Assembly: GCA_046075565.1 (NCBI GenBank)
Contig: JBJTQJ010000108.1
Coordinates: 32,001 to 96,000 of the forward strand
Length of the DNA: 64,000 bases
Origin: Verrucomicrobiales bacterium
Lineage (GTDB): Bacteria; Verrucomicrobiota; Verrucomicrobiia; Verrucomicrobiales; SLCJ01
Direction of reading: 5' to 3'
Both the position numbers and the translations under genes were made by a program. The notes under the pieces were generated by a model. The model worked only from the letters and a program-made list of their open reading frames with translations, was not told the DNA's origin and did no database searches. This document shows, piece by piece, positions 51,540 to 61,557 of this stretch. The stretch's first letter is position 1. Each line of letters starts with the position of its first letter.

Positions 51540-53375
51540 TCACTTCGCGGATGTCGCTGATGTCGTGCTGGCGGAAACCGTGGATGGCTTCTCGATTTTT
51601 ACGTTATCCGAGTCGGTGATGTTGAACATTTGCCACTCACCGGCTTCCGGCGCGGGGTAGGCTTTCGTTCTCTCCAGCCTGTTCCCGGTGAAACTGAGCC
51701 CGTCGACCGAATAAATGGAAAGCAGGGGCAGATTGCTGAAATGGCGGAAGAGGTTGTTCTCGATCCGGATATTGCGGTTGTAGCGGGAGATACTTTTGAA
51801 TTCATCCGCGATGCCGGAACCGACCTGAATGCATCCGGTTCCCCAGACACCGAAATTGCAGTTGTCGAAGGTGTTGCCGCGGATGACCACGTCGCGCACG
51901 CCCGCTTGTTCGAACCAGAAACGGGAGTCGCCTTCGAAAAGGATGGCCGCGCCGGGAATATGGAAGGTGTTGCCTTCGATGACCATCGGTCCACGCGAAC
52001 CCAGGAGGATGCCGCGGGCGCGATTGCCCCTCATCACGCAATTCCGGATCAAGGCCTCGGCGGTGTTGGCATCGGCGTCGGCCACGGAATCCCCTACGAT
52101 AACGGTTTCCGGCAAGGCGCCTTCGATTTCGACCATGGTGCGGTGTTTGTTGAGCCGCTCGACGGACTTGACCGTGGCGAAGCCTTCCTCGCGCAGGCTC
52201 GGGCCATCATTCAGTTCCAGACGTGTGCCCGGTTTGATGAAATCAATGCCCGCCTGCTGCGGGTGCACGAGAGCGACCTCGAAACGGTTGGGGGCATGGA
52301 TATGGATGATCTTCGCATACAACCCGTGGATGTTGGTCGCATCATCTTTTTGCTGCTCGAAAAGACAGTCAACTAGTTCGATCTTGCCTTTGCAGTTCAC
52401 AAAATGCGTGGCATCGGCCGTCGTGCTGATGATGCGCTTCCCACCGGGAGGCGGGGTGACTTTCATCCGGTGGACAAGGATGTCGGCGCTGCGCTGTGCG
52501 ATCACCCCCATGCCACCACAATGGCGGAGCGTGATGTCCGTCAATTTGATGCCGGAACTATCGGCGAGAACGAAACCCGGAACTTCACGGCCCCTCGGAC
52601 TGAAAACGAGTATGTCACCAACGGAAGCGGAGATGTTCGGAATCTTCAGGCGGACGCGATTCGGACCGAGTGGATCGGCGGCAATCCCCTCCCCCACTTT
52701 GTAGCGGTCCTTGGCCATAAACGCGGTTTCTTTTTTCACCGGATCAAAGGCGAGCAGGCTGCCGTAAGGATAGAGGACTTCCCCGCTGGTCACGGTGGTC
52801 GCCGGCCCGGTATCCTTTTTGCCATTGGTGAACACCAATACGCCATTCCGGATCTCGTAGGGGAATTCGGCGGAGAACTCCAAATCGACCTGCTGCGGGG
52901 TGATGGCGAGCACTTTGCCTTCCGAATGGAACGGGCGGCTGAAATCAACCGTGAAATTCCGCAGCGTCACGTTCCGCGCCGAGTCCAACAGGAACGGCAT
53001 CGTGTAACCATGGAAGACGAAAGTCGCACCGCCGCCATCGATCTCGACTCCTTCGATCCCCTTGAGGGGAAAGGCGATGCGCTTCAAGCCTTCATCGTTG
53101 TTGCTAACAAAGACGTATTCCTCATGGGCGCGCTCGGGATGAAACTCATATCGTCCGGGCGGGAAAACCAGCTTCTTGGCTTTGCCTTTGGCCACTTCCT
53201 GAAGCGCAGCGAGCACGCTGGGAGTGGTGTCGCTGCCATCGGGTTTGGCTCCGAAGGCCGCCATGTCGAGCGCGCCGGCTTCGCGGGCCCTGGCGGTGCC
53301 TATGGTGAGGATGGACGCCAGGGTGATCATGGCAAGCTGTTTGGTTCTATAGGGTTGATGGGTAGCGATGGGCAT
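51540..53375 (-). CDS. Alpha-1,3-galactosidase, GH110 family
   Basis: SNNDEGLKRIAF, ADATHFVNCKG, QKDDATNIHG and NRARGIL motifs; parallel beta-helix pattern. Confidence 0.82.
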   Translation of the reverse strand: MPIATHQPYRTKQLAMITLASILTIGTARAREAGALDMAAFGAKPDGSDTTPSVLAALQEVAKGKAKKLVFPPGRYEFHPERAHEEYVFVSNNDEGLKRIAFPLKGIEGVEIDGGGATFVFHGYTMPFLLDSARNVTLRNFTVDFSRPFHSEGKVLAITPQQVDLEFSAEFPYEIRNGVLVFTNGKKDTGPATTVTSGEVLYPYGSLLAFDPVKKETAFMAKDRYKVGEGIAADPLGPNRVRLKIPNISASVGDILVFSPRGREVPGFVLADSSGIKLTDITLRHCGGMGVIAQRSADILVHRMKVTPPPGGKRIISTTADATHFVNCKGKIELVDCLFEQQKDDATNIHGLYAKIIHIHAPNRFEVALVHPQQAGIDFIKPGTRLELNDGPSLREEGFATVKSVERLNKHRTMVEIEGALPETVIVGDSVADADANTAEALIRNCVMRGNRARGILLGSRGPMVIEGNTFHIPGAAILFEGDSRFWFEQAGVRDVVIRGNTFDNCNFGVWGTGCIQVGSGIADEFKSISRYNRNIRIENNLFRHFSNLPLLSIYSVDGLSFTGNRLERTKAYPAPEAGEWQMFNITDSDNVKIEKPSTVSASTTSATSAK

Positions 53376-53399
53376 AAGGAAAGGTTGCGATTGGAAATT

Positions 53400-53840
53400 G
53401 CTGAATGTTGGGTGGACGAATGTAGCGGTTCTCGGCTATGATACCGTCGGGGGCGGGAGCCAGATCGTAACTGATGCGTGAACCCAGTTGGGCGGGTCCG
53501 TGCGTCACCACGGAAACCCAAGGATCCAAAAGAGTCAGGGAGGTTTCGATGATGTAGGTAAGGTCGTTTCCGTTAGGCTCGCCACGTTTGTTGAAGATGA
53601 TAGTTGTATCGCTGAACACGCCGCGTTGCCGGTGCGATAGCTCCGGACCGAGTAAAGCCCATTGACGTTGAATCTCGCGTCCACGGTATGGGAATTGGGC
53701 ACATCCCCACCGTTCCAGTTGGCGGTATTCGACCACTGGTTGTTACCGCCAGCTTTCCAGTCGGTCTGCGCATCGGCATTTTGCGCGAGCAAGAGTGCGG
53801 ACGCCGCGGTAAGGATGAACTGGGTCTTTCGGACTTTCAT
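53400..53840 (-). pseudogene. Remnant of a large secreted beta-strand-repeat (autotransporter-associated-like) protein with its middle deleted
   Basis: Signal peptide + TDWKAGGNNQWSNTANWNGGDVP, joined out of frame near 53620 to a C-terminal-type segment FNKRG...DLTYIIETSLTL..W...ISYDL. Confidence 0.55.
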
Positions 53841-53933
53841 GCTTATGTGATCTAGTCGGATTAACTTGGCCTTGCCTTTGCCTGCGAGGGGCTCGGAGGA
53901 TGTTCGTGATATTGCCATTTTGGAGGACAAAAA

Positions 53934-53973
53934 TCATTGAACTTTCGCGGATTTCTCCTGAACTTTTGCGTCA
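53934..53973 (-). promoter_or_regulatory. Putative activator site, copy 1 (TGAAC direct repeats 21 bp apart)
   Basis: 36/40 identical to 57472-57511; about 20 bp from a minus-strand TGG-CAATAT extended -10. Confidence 0.7.
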
Positions 53974-54046
53974 TGTTTTGATTCCCACTTGCCACGAAAT
54001 CGCGAGTGCCCGTATATCCTGCCGGAAGGTGTCACGCCCTGCACGC

Positions 54047-55237
54047 TCATCGCGCCGGTTTTTTCCGAAACTCCCCCGGAGTGATGCCCATCTTCTTTTT
54101 GAACAAACGGCTCATGTATTCCGGATGTTCAAAACCCGCTTTATGGGAAATCTCGGCGAGGGAGAGATCCGATTCGGCGAGCAGACGGCAAACCCGTTCG
54201 AGACGAACGCGCAGGATTTCCGTTTTGGGCGAACTGCCGAGGATTTGAGCGAAGCGCCGCTCGAGCACGCTGCGGGAGAACGGAATGGATTTGAGAAGTA
54301 AATCGACATTCAACCCATCACAGGCGCGCTCGCGGATGAGTTTGAGGGCCGTCGCGATGTGGGGATCGTCGATGGCGAGCACATCCGTGGATTGCCGGGC
54401 CATTACTCCGACGGGTTTGACAAGAATGCAGGCGGGCTGGGCGCTTTCGCCAGCCATCAATCGAGCCAGAAGGGCTGCCGCCTCGAACCCGATCTGCTGG
54501 GTATTCAGGGTCACACTCGACAGCGGAATGTCGGACAATTCGCAGAAAATCTCATCCTTATCCACTCCGATGACAGCCACTGCGTCTGGCACCGCGATGC
54601 CGATCTCCCGGCAGCAGTTGAGCAAGGTGCGCCCCCGGACATCGTTGCAGGCCATCACTCCACAAGGTTTGGGCAAAGCCCGCAGCCATGTCATCACTTC
54701 CCGTTCCTGCCGTTCGCCGTAGGCCCCGGACTCGGCCGCCGACAGGGAGGGCGAAAGGGATTCGGACTCGAAGGTTTGAGAAGTGAAGCCCGACGCGGCC
54801 AGCCGGTTTTCGAAACTGGCACATCGCCAATCCGACCAATCAATGCCGTTGAATCCAAAGAATGCGAAGTTCTTGAAACCGCGTGCCAGCAAATGCTCGG
54901 CGGCCAACGCGCCCACTGCTTCCTCGTCGGAGCGGATACGCGCGAAGCGCGACTCGGGCAAATTCCCGCTCAAGTCAACCACCGGCGCACCGCAGCGCTC
55001 CAACACCTCCGCCATCTTCGGCGTGAAGACCCGGGCGATCACACCATCCCATTTCCAGCGGTCGAACCATTTGGGGAATTGCTCGGCGGGGTCGCCCTCC
55101 TCGAATTCAATCGACCACGGGCCGTGGATCCTCACATACTTCGCGATGCCCATCAGCAACTCCCGACCGTAACTGCGCGACGATTCGATCAACAGGGCCA
55201 CCCGGGGCGTGGGTTTGGTGCCGGTAATCTTGTTCAT
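54047..55237 (-). CDS. XylR-family transcriptional regulator (LacI-type sensor + AraC HTH)
   Basis: RVALLIESSRSYGRELL.GI, AAEHLL.RGF, ACND.RG, RQSTD and GFEHPEYMSRLFKK..G.TPGEFR motifs. Confidence 0.92.
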   Translation of the reverse strand: MNKITGTKPTPRVALLIESSRSYGRELLMGIAKYVRIHGPWSIEFEEGDPAEQFPKWFDRWKWDGVIARVFTPKMAEVLERCGAPVVDLSGNLPESRFARIRSDEEAVGALAAEHLLARGFKNFAFFGFNGIDWSDWRCASFENRLAASGFTSQTFESESLSPSLSAAESGAYGERQEREVMTWLRALPKPCGVMACNDVRGRTLLNCCREIGIAVPDAVAVIGVDKDEIFCELSDIPLSSVTLNTQQIGFEAAALLARLMAGESAQPACILVKPVGVMARQSTDVLAIDDPHIATALKLIRERACDGLNVDLLLKSIPFSRSVLERRFAQILGSSPKTEILRVRLERVCRLLAESDLSLAEISHKAGFEHPEYMSRLFKKKMGITPGEFRKKPAR

Positions 55238-55380
55238 GGGTTCGCGCGGTTGGGCCGTTTCCGGCTAGAGGCCACCCGGGAGAAATCTCCTCACGGTCTG
55301 TTCGCAGTTTGGGGCGAATCGAACGATCCTTCAACCCTCAAATGCGCGATGTTTCCGTCCTCTGGGCAAGCCTTAAGGTA

Positions 55381-56558
55381 TCAGTTCGCCGCCTTCCATC
55401 GATTGGCCAGCAGAATCACGAAACCGATGGCCAGCACGCCGCTGACCGACCAGACACCCGCTTGGGGCCATTGGGGCGCGAAAAGCAAACTCAAGGCCCC
55501 GATTCCCGGCCCCACGAAATTCCCGGCCCCCATCATCGCCTCATGGATGCCCCCCTGCTCGGCCCGGGCCTCGCCTACATCCATCGAATAGAAAAGCGAC
55601 GCGTAATAGAGGATCCCCACGGCCAGGCCGAAAGCCATTTGTCCCACCCCAAGCCAGAACAAGCCCTCCGCCGTCAGGATGGAGACAAAACCCGCCAGTA
55701 GTAGCAGATAACCACCGACAAGCCACCGGTAACGGTAATGCCACCCCGGCCAGCGCCACATCAGGACAAAAGCGGCCAGCCGGGCGAAAAACCAGATCGA
55801 GCAAAAAAGACCGGCCATGGTCGTGCTCAGCCCCATCCTCCGGGCCAACTCCGGAATCATCGCCAACAGGGTGAATGCCGCCACACAGGCGAAAGGATTG
55901 GCCAGCCACGCCATCCTTTGGAACGCCCGCGGAGAAAATCCCGGGCGCACCGCCGGAGGTGTTTCTTCTTCCTCCGGGGGAGGTTCCTCTTCGGGTTCGG
56001 GATTCCCCCGGCGGTGCAAGTAACCCCACAACACGAGCAATTGCAGCAGATGAAGAAGCGGAGGAAGCCAGAAGATGCTCGCGCTTCCCAAGCGCTCGAA
56101 GATCGATCCGCCGAAAAAGTAGGAGAAGGCCGAACAGGTCGCCCAGACCACGCTGTAAATACCCACCCGATGGGCACGGGCCGGACCCTTTGCGCCCTCG
56201 GTGACCAGCGCCTCCAACGCGGGCCAGACCATGAACTGGGATGCGGCCCAGATGACCATGACCGCCAACTGCACGGCAAGGGCAGGAAAAAAGCTCCCGC
56301 CAGGAGAGCGGCGACCATACCCGACAAACCGGTGACCATCATCCGGATGCAACCGTGCCGTTCCGCAAGTTTGCCAGATTGCCATGATGCCACGGCGATG
56401 ACCAAGCCCATGAGGGCGGCGACGCCGAGATTACCCGCGTCGCCGAAGTCATGGCGATCACGGAATAGAAAGAAAATGTAATTGCCGTAGAATCCACAGG
56501 CCAGCGAGCCCAGAGCCTCGAAGAGATACAACGAATCTTTGGAGCGCTTCAATCCCAT
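55381..56558 (-). CDS. MFS transporter with a 1-bp frameshift at a T6 run (56287-56292)
   Basis: ORF 55857..56579 (N-terminal helices, GKLAERHG motif A) and ORF 55381..56385 (remaining helices) become one ~390-aa MFS if T6 is read as T7. Confidence 0.75.
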
Positions 56559-56635
56559 GAAAGCGGGAGAGTCGGCCAAACCGGGGGAAAGTCAACGAAG
56601 CTGGCGAACGGCGAAGGACGAGAGCGGCAATCGGC

Positions 56636-57397
56636 TTACCAGTCCCCGCGCATGAAGTTGGACGGACCGCCGTATTTGGAATCGTTGGCCATCGCCATGT
56701 ATTCCTCGTAACTGAGAGTGGAAACCCGCCCGTCCACCCAGAGGATATTGCCCTTGCCGTTGTGATGCGCCGCGAAGGCGAAATTATTCTCCTTGGAGAA
56801 GCCGGAGCTGAAAATGTTGGGGCCGAAGTTGTTCTGCTTGACCGTGTCCTGCACATAGGGGGTGAGGGAAGGATTTTTCACCGCCGTGATGTTCAGGGGA
56901 TTGGCACTGTCGTTATTGTTGCCAAGCAACAGGTTGGCCGCGTAATCACCGGTGTAGGGCCACGCTGGATGATATGGTTTGCCATTGCCGGAGGGGCAAC
57001 CGAAACAAGGCGGCAGAGGATCCGCCTTGGGATCATTGAACCTCATGCTGTAATTCTCACGCCCCATGCCGAGGGCGGCTGCATCATACCAACAGAGCCC
57101 GAGGCTCATCCTATTCTCGTCCCGCAACCAGGAAACGTCCGCCCCGCCATTGGGAAAACGCCCGTTGTTCTCGGCAATGTAACCGAGTAGTCCGGTGCCA
57201 ATCGCTTTTAAATTGCTGGAACACTGGGCGCCCTTCGCCTTCTCACGCATGTTGGTGGTCAGCGAAAATGTGATCAAGACCAGCACGACGATAATGACAA
57301 TCACGATCATCAATTCGGTCAGGCTGAAACCGCCGGCGCGATTTTGCCGTAAATTTGTCCTCCATGAGCGGAGGAAAGGGTGGGGATGGATTTTCAC
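56636..57397 (-). CDS. Prepilin-type N-terminal cleavage/methylation protein with an H-X9-DG C-terminal motif
   Basis: GG|FSLTELMIVIVII, C.SNLK.IG and H-NGKGNILWV-DG. Probable GTG start at 57397. Confidence 0.88.
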   Translation of the reverse strand: MKIHPHPFLRSWRTNLRQNRAGGFSLTELMIVIVIIVVLVLITFSLTTNMREKAKGAQCSSNLKAIGTGLLGYIAENNGRFPNGGADVSWLRDENRMSLGLCWYDAAALGMGRENYSMRFNDPKADPLPPCFGCPSGNGKPYHPAWPYTGDYAANLLLGNNNDSANPLNITAVKNPSLTPYVQDTVKQNNFGPNIFSSGFSKENNFAFAAHHNGKGNILWVDGRVSTLSYEEYMAMANDSKYGGPSNFMRGDW

Positions 57398-57471
57398 GGT
57401 GATTGGGAGGGCCGGGATTGGCGGGATTTCCGAACTGGTTTTTGTGAATGCTACCAAATGCCCGGCCGGTG

Positions 57472-57511
57472 TCATTGAACATTCACGGATTTTTACTGAA
57501 CTTTTGCGTCA
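57472..57511 (-). promoter_or_regulatory. Putative activator site, copy 2
   Basis: TCATTGAACATTCACGGATTTTTACTGAACTTTTGCGTCA; about 19 bp from a minus-strand TGG-TAGCAT extended -10. Confidence 0.7.
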
Positions 57512-57574
57512 CTCGCGGGACGGAGGCACCGTCCTCTAGTAAAGACCCCGGGGCGTGAAATGGCAAGTCTGTGG

Positions 57575-59251
57575 TCACGGCTTGACCGTTTGCGGCCAGC
57601 CGGGGAATTGTTTGGCGTCCGGTTTGGTGACATCCGCGAAACGGGGCCAGCACTCGAAGGTGACTTCGCCCGATTTATTGCGGAACCGGATCAATCCGTA
57701 GCCATCGGCCCAGTTGGCGTCGGCCTTTGACTTGTCGCCGGGTTTGATTCCGGCGATGTTCTGGAGCTTCGGATCGGGGTTGGCGTAAGCGAGCATGGTG
57801 ATTTTGTTGTGGAATCCGTCGAGGTAGTCACCCGTCCAGGGCAAGGGGGACCCGGGAACGGGGTTCGCACCCGGTTTTTCATCTTCCGGCCACCACCAGC
57901 GGCCATAGTAATTGTTCACGATGGCGGGCACGACAAAGGCCCAGGGGCCGTCGCGGAATTCGTCGGTGCCGTGTTTGATGAGGGTGGCGATGTGCTGGTC
58001 GCCGGCGATGTGGACGGCCCGGGCGTCTTGGATGAGCCGGACCGCGCGGTTGCGTCCACTCTGCGGCCAGCCATTGGAATCGAGATCGGCGTGGAGGCGA
58101 TTGGCGCGCGAGCCGTGCAGGTGGGCGCCGCCGCAAAAACCGGTCTGGGAAAGCACGGCCTTCATGGCCACGCCGTCGCGCATCTTGCCCCAATCGGCGA
58201 GAAACTTCTCCTGCCGTTCGCCGAGCAGTTGCAGCCCCGGGGTGTCAATCACTTTCGGGTCGTAACTCGCATCAAGTATGTGGTCCGGACGCGGCCCCTT
58301 CAAGGGATGGCGTCCTAGCGGACCGGGCTTGAACTTGCGATCCTCGATAATGGCGAAATCCACCCCACCGAGAAGCAACCGCGTGTAATAAACTCCTATG
58401 CCTTGTCCGACCGGCGAAGGGTCGTAGGGATCGGGCAAGTGGCCGCACTGTTGTCGCTCGACCAGCTTCACGTATTCATGATGGAAGAAATATCCGCCAT
58501 CGTGCCCGGCTTCAGCCTTGGCGACCTTGCCGTTTTCGCCCCATAGATTGCCCTGGCCGATGTCGTGATCGTCAGGGATGGTGACACACGGGCGCTCGCG
58601 GAAGATCTCGCGGAAGGCAAGGCCGAACTTGAGCCATGCGGCGGTGTGTTGTTTGTGATCATAGGATTGGTCACCGGCGAAGAAAACGAGATCTGGATCC
58701 TGATGGTTGATATTGCGCACGTATTCGGGGCGCAGTCCGCGGTCCTTGTTCGAGTTGCAGGAAAGCCCGACAACGACGATCTCATCCTTGTCCACCGGGT
58801 TCTTGCGGACCAGTCCCTCGAAGGCGGCTTTCTCCCCATGGCGGAGACGGTATTTGATATTGTTGGTGTCATTCCAGTCCGGAACACGGAAGGTCGTGGA
58901 CCAACCGAGGTCGTTGACGTTTTGCCGCGCGATCTCCGTCCATGTGCCGTCTTTTTCGATTTCGAGGCGAACCTCACGGGACTCCTTCGGATAAAGCGGG
59001 TAGAGTTGCGCGGTGAGTTTAAGAATGCGGTTGTGCACGGTATAGATGCCGAAGCACACGACCTGATCGCGAGGGACCTTCAGGTCGATGATCTCGCCGG
59101 TGGGCCGGTTCCACCAGTCGTTGGTACAGAGCGAGTCCTCGCCCTTCTGAAACGGCGCCTTAACCGGCGGTTCTCCGGGGTCAGCAGGACCGGCCGCCGC
59201 GATGGTGGCGGCGAGAAGGAACAATTGGATGATTCGGGCTTTTGTTTTCAT
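57575..59251 (-). CDS. PhoD-like metallophosphoesterase
   Basis: Signal peptide; AGDQSY, PDDHD, EDRKFK and GDQH motifs. Confidence 0.8.
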   Translation of the reverse strand: MKTKARIIQLFLLAATIAAAGPADPGEPPVKAPFQKGEDSLCTNDWWNRPTGEIIDLKVPRDQVVCFGIYTVHNRILKLTAQLYPLYPKESREVRLEIEKDGTWTEIARQNVNDLGWSTTFRVPDWNDTNNIKYRLRHGEKAAFEGLVRKNPVDKDEIVVVGLSCNSNKDRGLRPEYVRNINHQDPDLVFFAGDQSYDHKQHTAAWLKFGLAFREIFRERPCVTIPDDHDIGQGNLWGENGKVAKAEAGHDGGYFFHHEYVKLVERQQCGHLPDPYDPSPVGQGIGVYYTRLLLGGVDFAIIEDRKFKPGPLGRHPLKGPRPDHILDASYDPKVIDTPGLQLLGERQEKFLADWGKMRDGVAMKAVLSQTGFCGGAHLHGSRANRLHADLDSNGWPQSGRNRAVRLIQDARAVHIAGDQHIATLIKHGTDEFRDGPWAFVVPAIVNNYYGRWWWPEDEKPGANPVPGSPLPWTGDYLDGFHNKITMLAYANPDPKLQNIAGIKPGDKSKADANWADGYGLIRFRNKSGEVTFECWPRFADVTKPDAKQFPGWPQTVKP

Positions 59252-59341
59252 AATGGAGAGCGTCCGGAATGAGGGGGCGGCCATTGAGGGCATGGATGAG
59301 GGATGATTCTAGGAGACTGCCCCGATGCTGTCGAGGATTTT

Positions 59342-61555
59342 TCATTCCTGCCGGCTCACGCGCACGTGGAGGGGCTCTTTTGCAGACAGGTGCATGTCTC
59401 GCTGCGGGTAAGCCATGGAGATGGATTGTTCTTCAAAAACCCGGACGATGGCATGCCGCAACTGGCTGGCCACCTGCGTGCGCCCGGACTTCCTCATGTC
59501 GATCCAGAAGTACAGCGAAAAGATCAACGAACTCTCCGCGAAGTCCTCGAAGAGCACGAAGGGTTCGGGTGAGGCGAGCACTTCATTGTTAGCCGTAGCG
59601 ACCTCCACCAGCAAGCGCGAAATTTTGTCCGGATCGGTGCCATAATCCACTCCCATCCTCACCGTGCTTCTCAGCATATGGTCGGTGTGGGTCCAGTTGG
59701 TGACGTTGTTCTCGAGAAGTTCGCTGTTGGGGATGACCGTCTCGATGCCATCCCAGTGGCGAATGATGGACGAACGCATGCCAATCGTAGAAACGGTTCC
59801 CTGGATGCCGCCGACATCCACCACATCGCCGACCTTGATCGGTTTCTCCGCCTGGATGAGAAGTCCGCTGATAAAATTACGGATGAGGTTCTGCGTGCCA
59901 AAGCCGACGCCGATGGCAAGGGCACCCCCGAGGAAGGCGAAGGCGGTGAGAGGAATCCGGGCGTAATGGAGCGCGTAGAGACCGAGCAGAGACATCCCGA
60001 GGATAATGAACCAGCGCCGGACGGTCTGCGCCTTCGCCGGATCCAGATGAAGACGAACGCGCATGCGTTCGGCCAGACGGGAAGCCAAGGCGCGGAGAAT
60101 GAAATACCCGGCCGTGACAATGCCGACGAGGAAGAGCAATTTGCCGAGGGTGATGGAGCGTTTCGCGGGCACGCTGCGCCCGTCCTCAAGTTTGACCATG
60201 TCCTCGACCGTGTAGATTTCGAACTCCCAGAGACCACGCAGTGTATCGGACACTTTTTTGGTGGCACGTTTGGTCCACGCGCTGAAACCGCTTGTTTTTT
60301 CCGCATCATCAACCTGCGGCATCCAGACGCGGCGCTGCAGCCCCACGTCCCCGGCTTCTTCGATGGCGATCTGGAATTCCCGATCGATGGCCTTGAGTTC
60401 CTCCAGATAGGCGGTGTCTGCCTCGGTGGCTGGTTTGGGAGCATCCTCCTGATCTTTGATGGCGGCGCGCAGCACCCTCTGGCGCGAGTCGAAAAGGGCC
60501 CGCCACATCTCGGGGCGAGTGAACAACTCACCTAAGCGTTCTTTATCGGCAGCGGCGCCATCGGCATTCTGGTTATTGATCCAGCGCTGACGGGTTTCGA
60601 GCAATTCGCGGCGGAGATCGACCAAGGCGAGTTGCCAACCGATCACGTCACCACGGGTAGTGAGCCCGGCCTCGGCGACGCGGAGGCTAATCGACGCACG
60701 TTGCGTGCGGCTCAACTTCTGGCGTTCGGCGGTCAGCCGGGCGCGGATGGTCTCCAGTTCGGCCAGCGCGGATTTCAGTTCCGCATCGGTAAAGACAAGC
60801 GGGCTGCTTATCATTTCGAGTTGGCGATTGGCGAGGGCGGAACGCACGCGTTCGACCTTCAGAGAGATTTCGATGCTGCCCAATTCCACCTCGGCGGCGG
60901 CTTTTTCCTCGGCGGCACTGTTCAGTCGCAAGGTTGCATCATCGAGCCGGGCACGGGCGTCAGCGCGAGCGGCGTCGTCGGGTGCCTTCTCCAGCGCCTC
61001 GCGGGCGCGCCGGACGGCGGCGTCTTCCTCGAGCATCCGATTCGATATCTCAGTCACGGAAGCGGCGACAACCTTCTGAAAGCCTTCGGCCACGAGTATC
61101 GCTTCTTGGGAGGAGATGAGCGTGCCGCGATATCGGTCGGCCAGCAGCCAGGAATACGGTGGTTTGCCCGGTGGGCCGTTCCACTCGGCGGATTGCTTCT
61201 CGATGGCCTTGAGGCGGGCCTCGCCGGACTTGCGGAGTTCGATGGCCTGGAGGTGACGTTCCGCGGCATCGATGGCGACTTCGAGCAGTGCGATCCGGGT
61301 GCCGACTTCGGGAGTGGGCACACCTTGTTTGAGATTTTCGGACTGGGCCGTCCACGCCTTCAATCGATCGCGCACGCCCTCTGCAGGATCGGTTTTTCCT
61401 TCGGGCGAGTCTGCCCGCACAAACGCCGGCACCACCAGCAAGCACCAGGCGAACACGATGACACGTGCCGAGGCTGCGCAAACGAGGGAAACAAGCGAGT
61501 TCACGGACGATTTCAGCTTAAAGTGCGGGGATCTGTAGGAAGAAGAAGCGGCCAT
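59342..61555 (-). CDS. Large MscS-family mechanosensitive channel
   Basis: Coiled periplasmic N-terminal region; GALAIGVGFGTQNLIRNFISG, VGDVV and IPNS motifs. Confidence 0.88.
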   Translation of the reverse strand: MAASSSYRSPHFKLKSSVNSLVSLVCAASARVIVFAWCLLVVPAFVRADSPEGKTDPAEGVRDRLKAWTAQSENLKQGVPTPEVGTRIALLEVAIDAAERHLQAIELRKSGEARLKAIEKQSAEWNGPPGKPPYSWLLADRYRGTLISSQEAILVAEGFQKVVAASVTEISNRMLEEDAAVRRAREALEKAPDDAARADARARLDDATLRLNSAAEEKAAAEVELGSIEISLKVERVRSALANRQLEMISSPLVFTDAELKSALAELETIRARLTAERQKLSRTQRASISLRVAEAGLTTRGDVIGWQLALVDLRRELLETRQRWINNQNADGAAADKERLGELFTRPEMWRALFDSRQRVLRAAIKDQEDAPKPATEADTAYLEELKAIDREFQIAIEEAGDVGLQRRVWMPQVDDAEKTSGFSAWTKRATKKVSDTLRGLWEFEIYTVEDMVKLEDGRSVPAKRSITLGKLLFLVGIVTAGYFILRALASRLAERMRVRLHLDPAKAQTVRRWFIILGMSLLGLYALHYARIPLTAFAFLGGALAIGVGFGTQNLIRNFISGLLIQAEKPIKVGDVVDVGGIQGTVSTIGMRSSIIRHWDGIETVIPNSELLENNVTNWTHTDHMLRSTVRMGVDYGTDPDKISRLLVEVATANNEVLASPEPFVLFEDFAESSLIFSLYFWIDMRKSGRTQVASQLRHAIVRVFEEQSISMAYPQRDMHLSAKEPLHVRVSRQE

Positions 61556-61557
61556 GT

